A stretch of DNA of 63,738 nucleotides, counting the filler, from Octopus bimaculoides (lineage: Eukaryota), in NCBI RefSeq assembly GCF_001194135.2. It is 10 parts of 10 records of this genome, joined end to end, with 100 filler letters (N's around TTAATTAATTAA, not from the genome) between each part and the next. Parts side by side here need not be neighbours in the genome. Positions count along the whole stretch, not along the records: positions 57,562 to 63,738 come from NC_068997.1; 9 more parts are not named here. One strand, given 5' to 3'. Position 1 is the first letter of the stretch. Each line of letters starts with the position of its first letter. Made by a program: the position numbers and the translations under genes. This document shows, piece after piece, positions 62,915 through 63,738 of this stretch. Below the pieces are notes generated by a model. That model was not told the DNA's origin, searched no databases, and was given only the letters and a program-made list of their open reading frames with translations.

Positions 62915-63420
62915 TTAGACTACAGTGCTGATGGGGCAGTGCCTTTAAGAATTTTTTAGGCCTAGCACTTATTCTATTGATCTCTTTTGCTGAACCACTA
63001 AGTTGCGGGAACATAAACACATCAACACTGGTTGTCAAGAAGTGGTACGGGACAAACAACACAAACACACACACACACACACTATAGGCTTCTTTCAGTT
63101 TCCAACTATCAAATCCACTCACAAGATTTTGGTCAGCTCAAGGCTATAGTAGAACACACTGGCCCAAGGTGCCACACAGTGTTACATCAGGATATATTCA
63201 TAATCAATCCAAAATTGGTAAAGTCTTTTTTTTTGTTTCACTCATTTGACTGAGGCCATGCTGGATCACCGCCTTTAGTCAACAAATCGACCCCATGACT
63301 TATACTTTGTAAGCCTAGTACTTGTTCTATCAGTCTCTTTTGCTGAACTGCTAGGTTATGGGGACATAAACACAGCAACATCAGTTGTTAAGCGATGGTG
63401 GGGGGACAAACACAGACACA
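62915..63420 (-). mobile_element. Two adjacent co-oriented SINE family C pieces
   Basis: CCTAG.ACTT.TTCTAT..TCTCTTTTGCTGAAC..CTA.GTT..GGG.ACATAAACAC occurs at about 62960-63020 and again at 63313-63373. Confidence 0.75.
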
Positions 63421-63423
63421 CAA

Positions 63424-63483
<60 letters not shown>

Positions 63484-63704
63484 AGAAATGGAGTTAAATG
63501 CAGGTGCTATTCACATCTTTGAATAACACCTGTGTTTAACTTCATTTCTTTATTTCACTAAACTCTGTAATTTTTACCTTTAATAAGTAGGTTGTAACAT
63601 CCTTGGTACTCATGTGAATTTTTTGCTACCCTGGTAACTATTTATTTATATTTTCCATGTTATTTGTACACATTAAAAAAATACACATACATTTATATAT
63701 ATAC

Positions 63705-63736
<32 letters not shown>

Positions 63737-63738
63737 TC

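Overview
AT-rich, repeat-dense animal genomic scaffold with many N gaps. The SINE families and microsatellite load look like octopus (my recognition, not a search result). Almost all ORFs in the supplied track are microsatellite or gap artefacts. The best-supported host gene is the 3' end of a plus-strand chitin-binding (CBM14/peritrophin-A) gene: two spliced exons, 20713-20858 and 22407-22468, rebuild one six-cysteine domain. A second, tentative minus-strand gene starts near 52.2 kb with CCAAT boxes, an Inr and a signal-peptide exon. A phase-compatible chain of candidate exons runs from there down to about 30.25 kb. The rest is decayed mobile DNA: CR1-group LINE pieces, RTE LINEs (one with a PHD-like insert), Tx1/L1 5' and 3' pieces, R4/Dong-like RLE fragments in TAA tracts, a Penelope-like RT/GIY-YIG relic, repeats with minimal hammerhead motifs, a mariner with both TIRs, Helitron ends (including a 91-bp mini element) and several tRNA-derived SINE families that swap heads and tails. 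There are no intact rRNA genes, tRNA genes or CRISPR arrays. Repeat boundaries are approximate unless exact signals are quoted. SINE letters (C, D, E; head/body 1-2; tails X, Y, Z) are my own labels.
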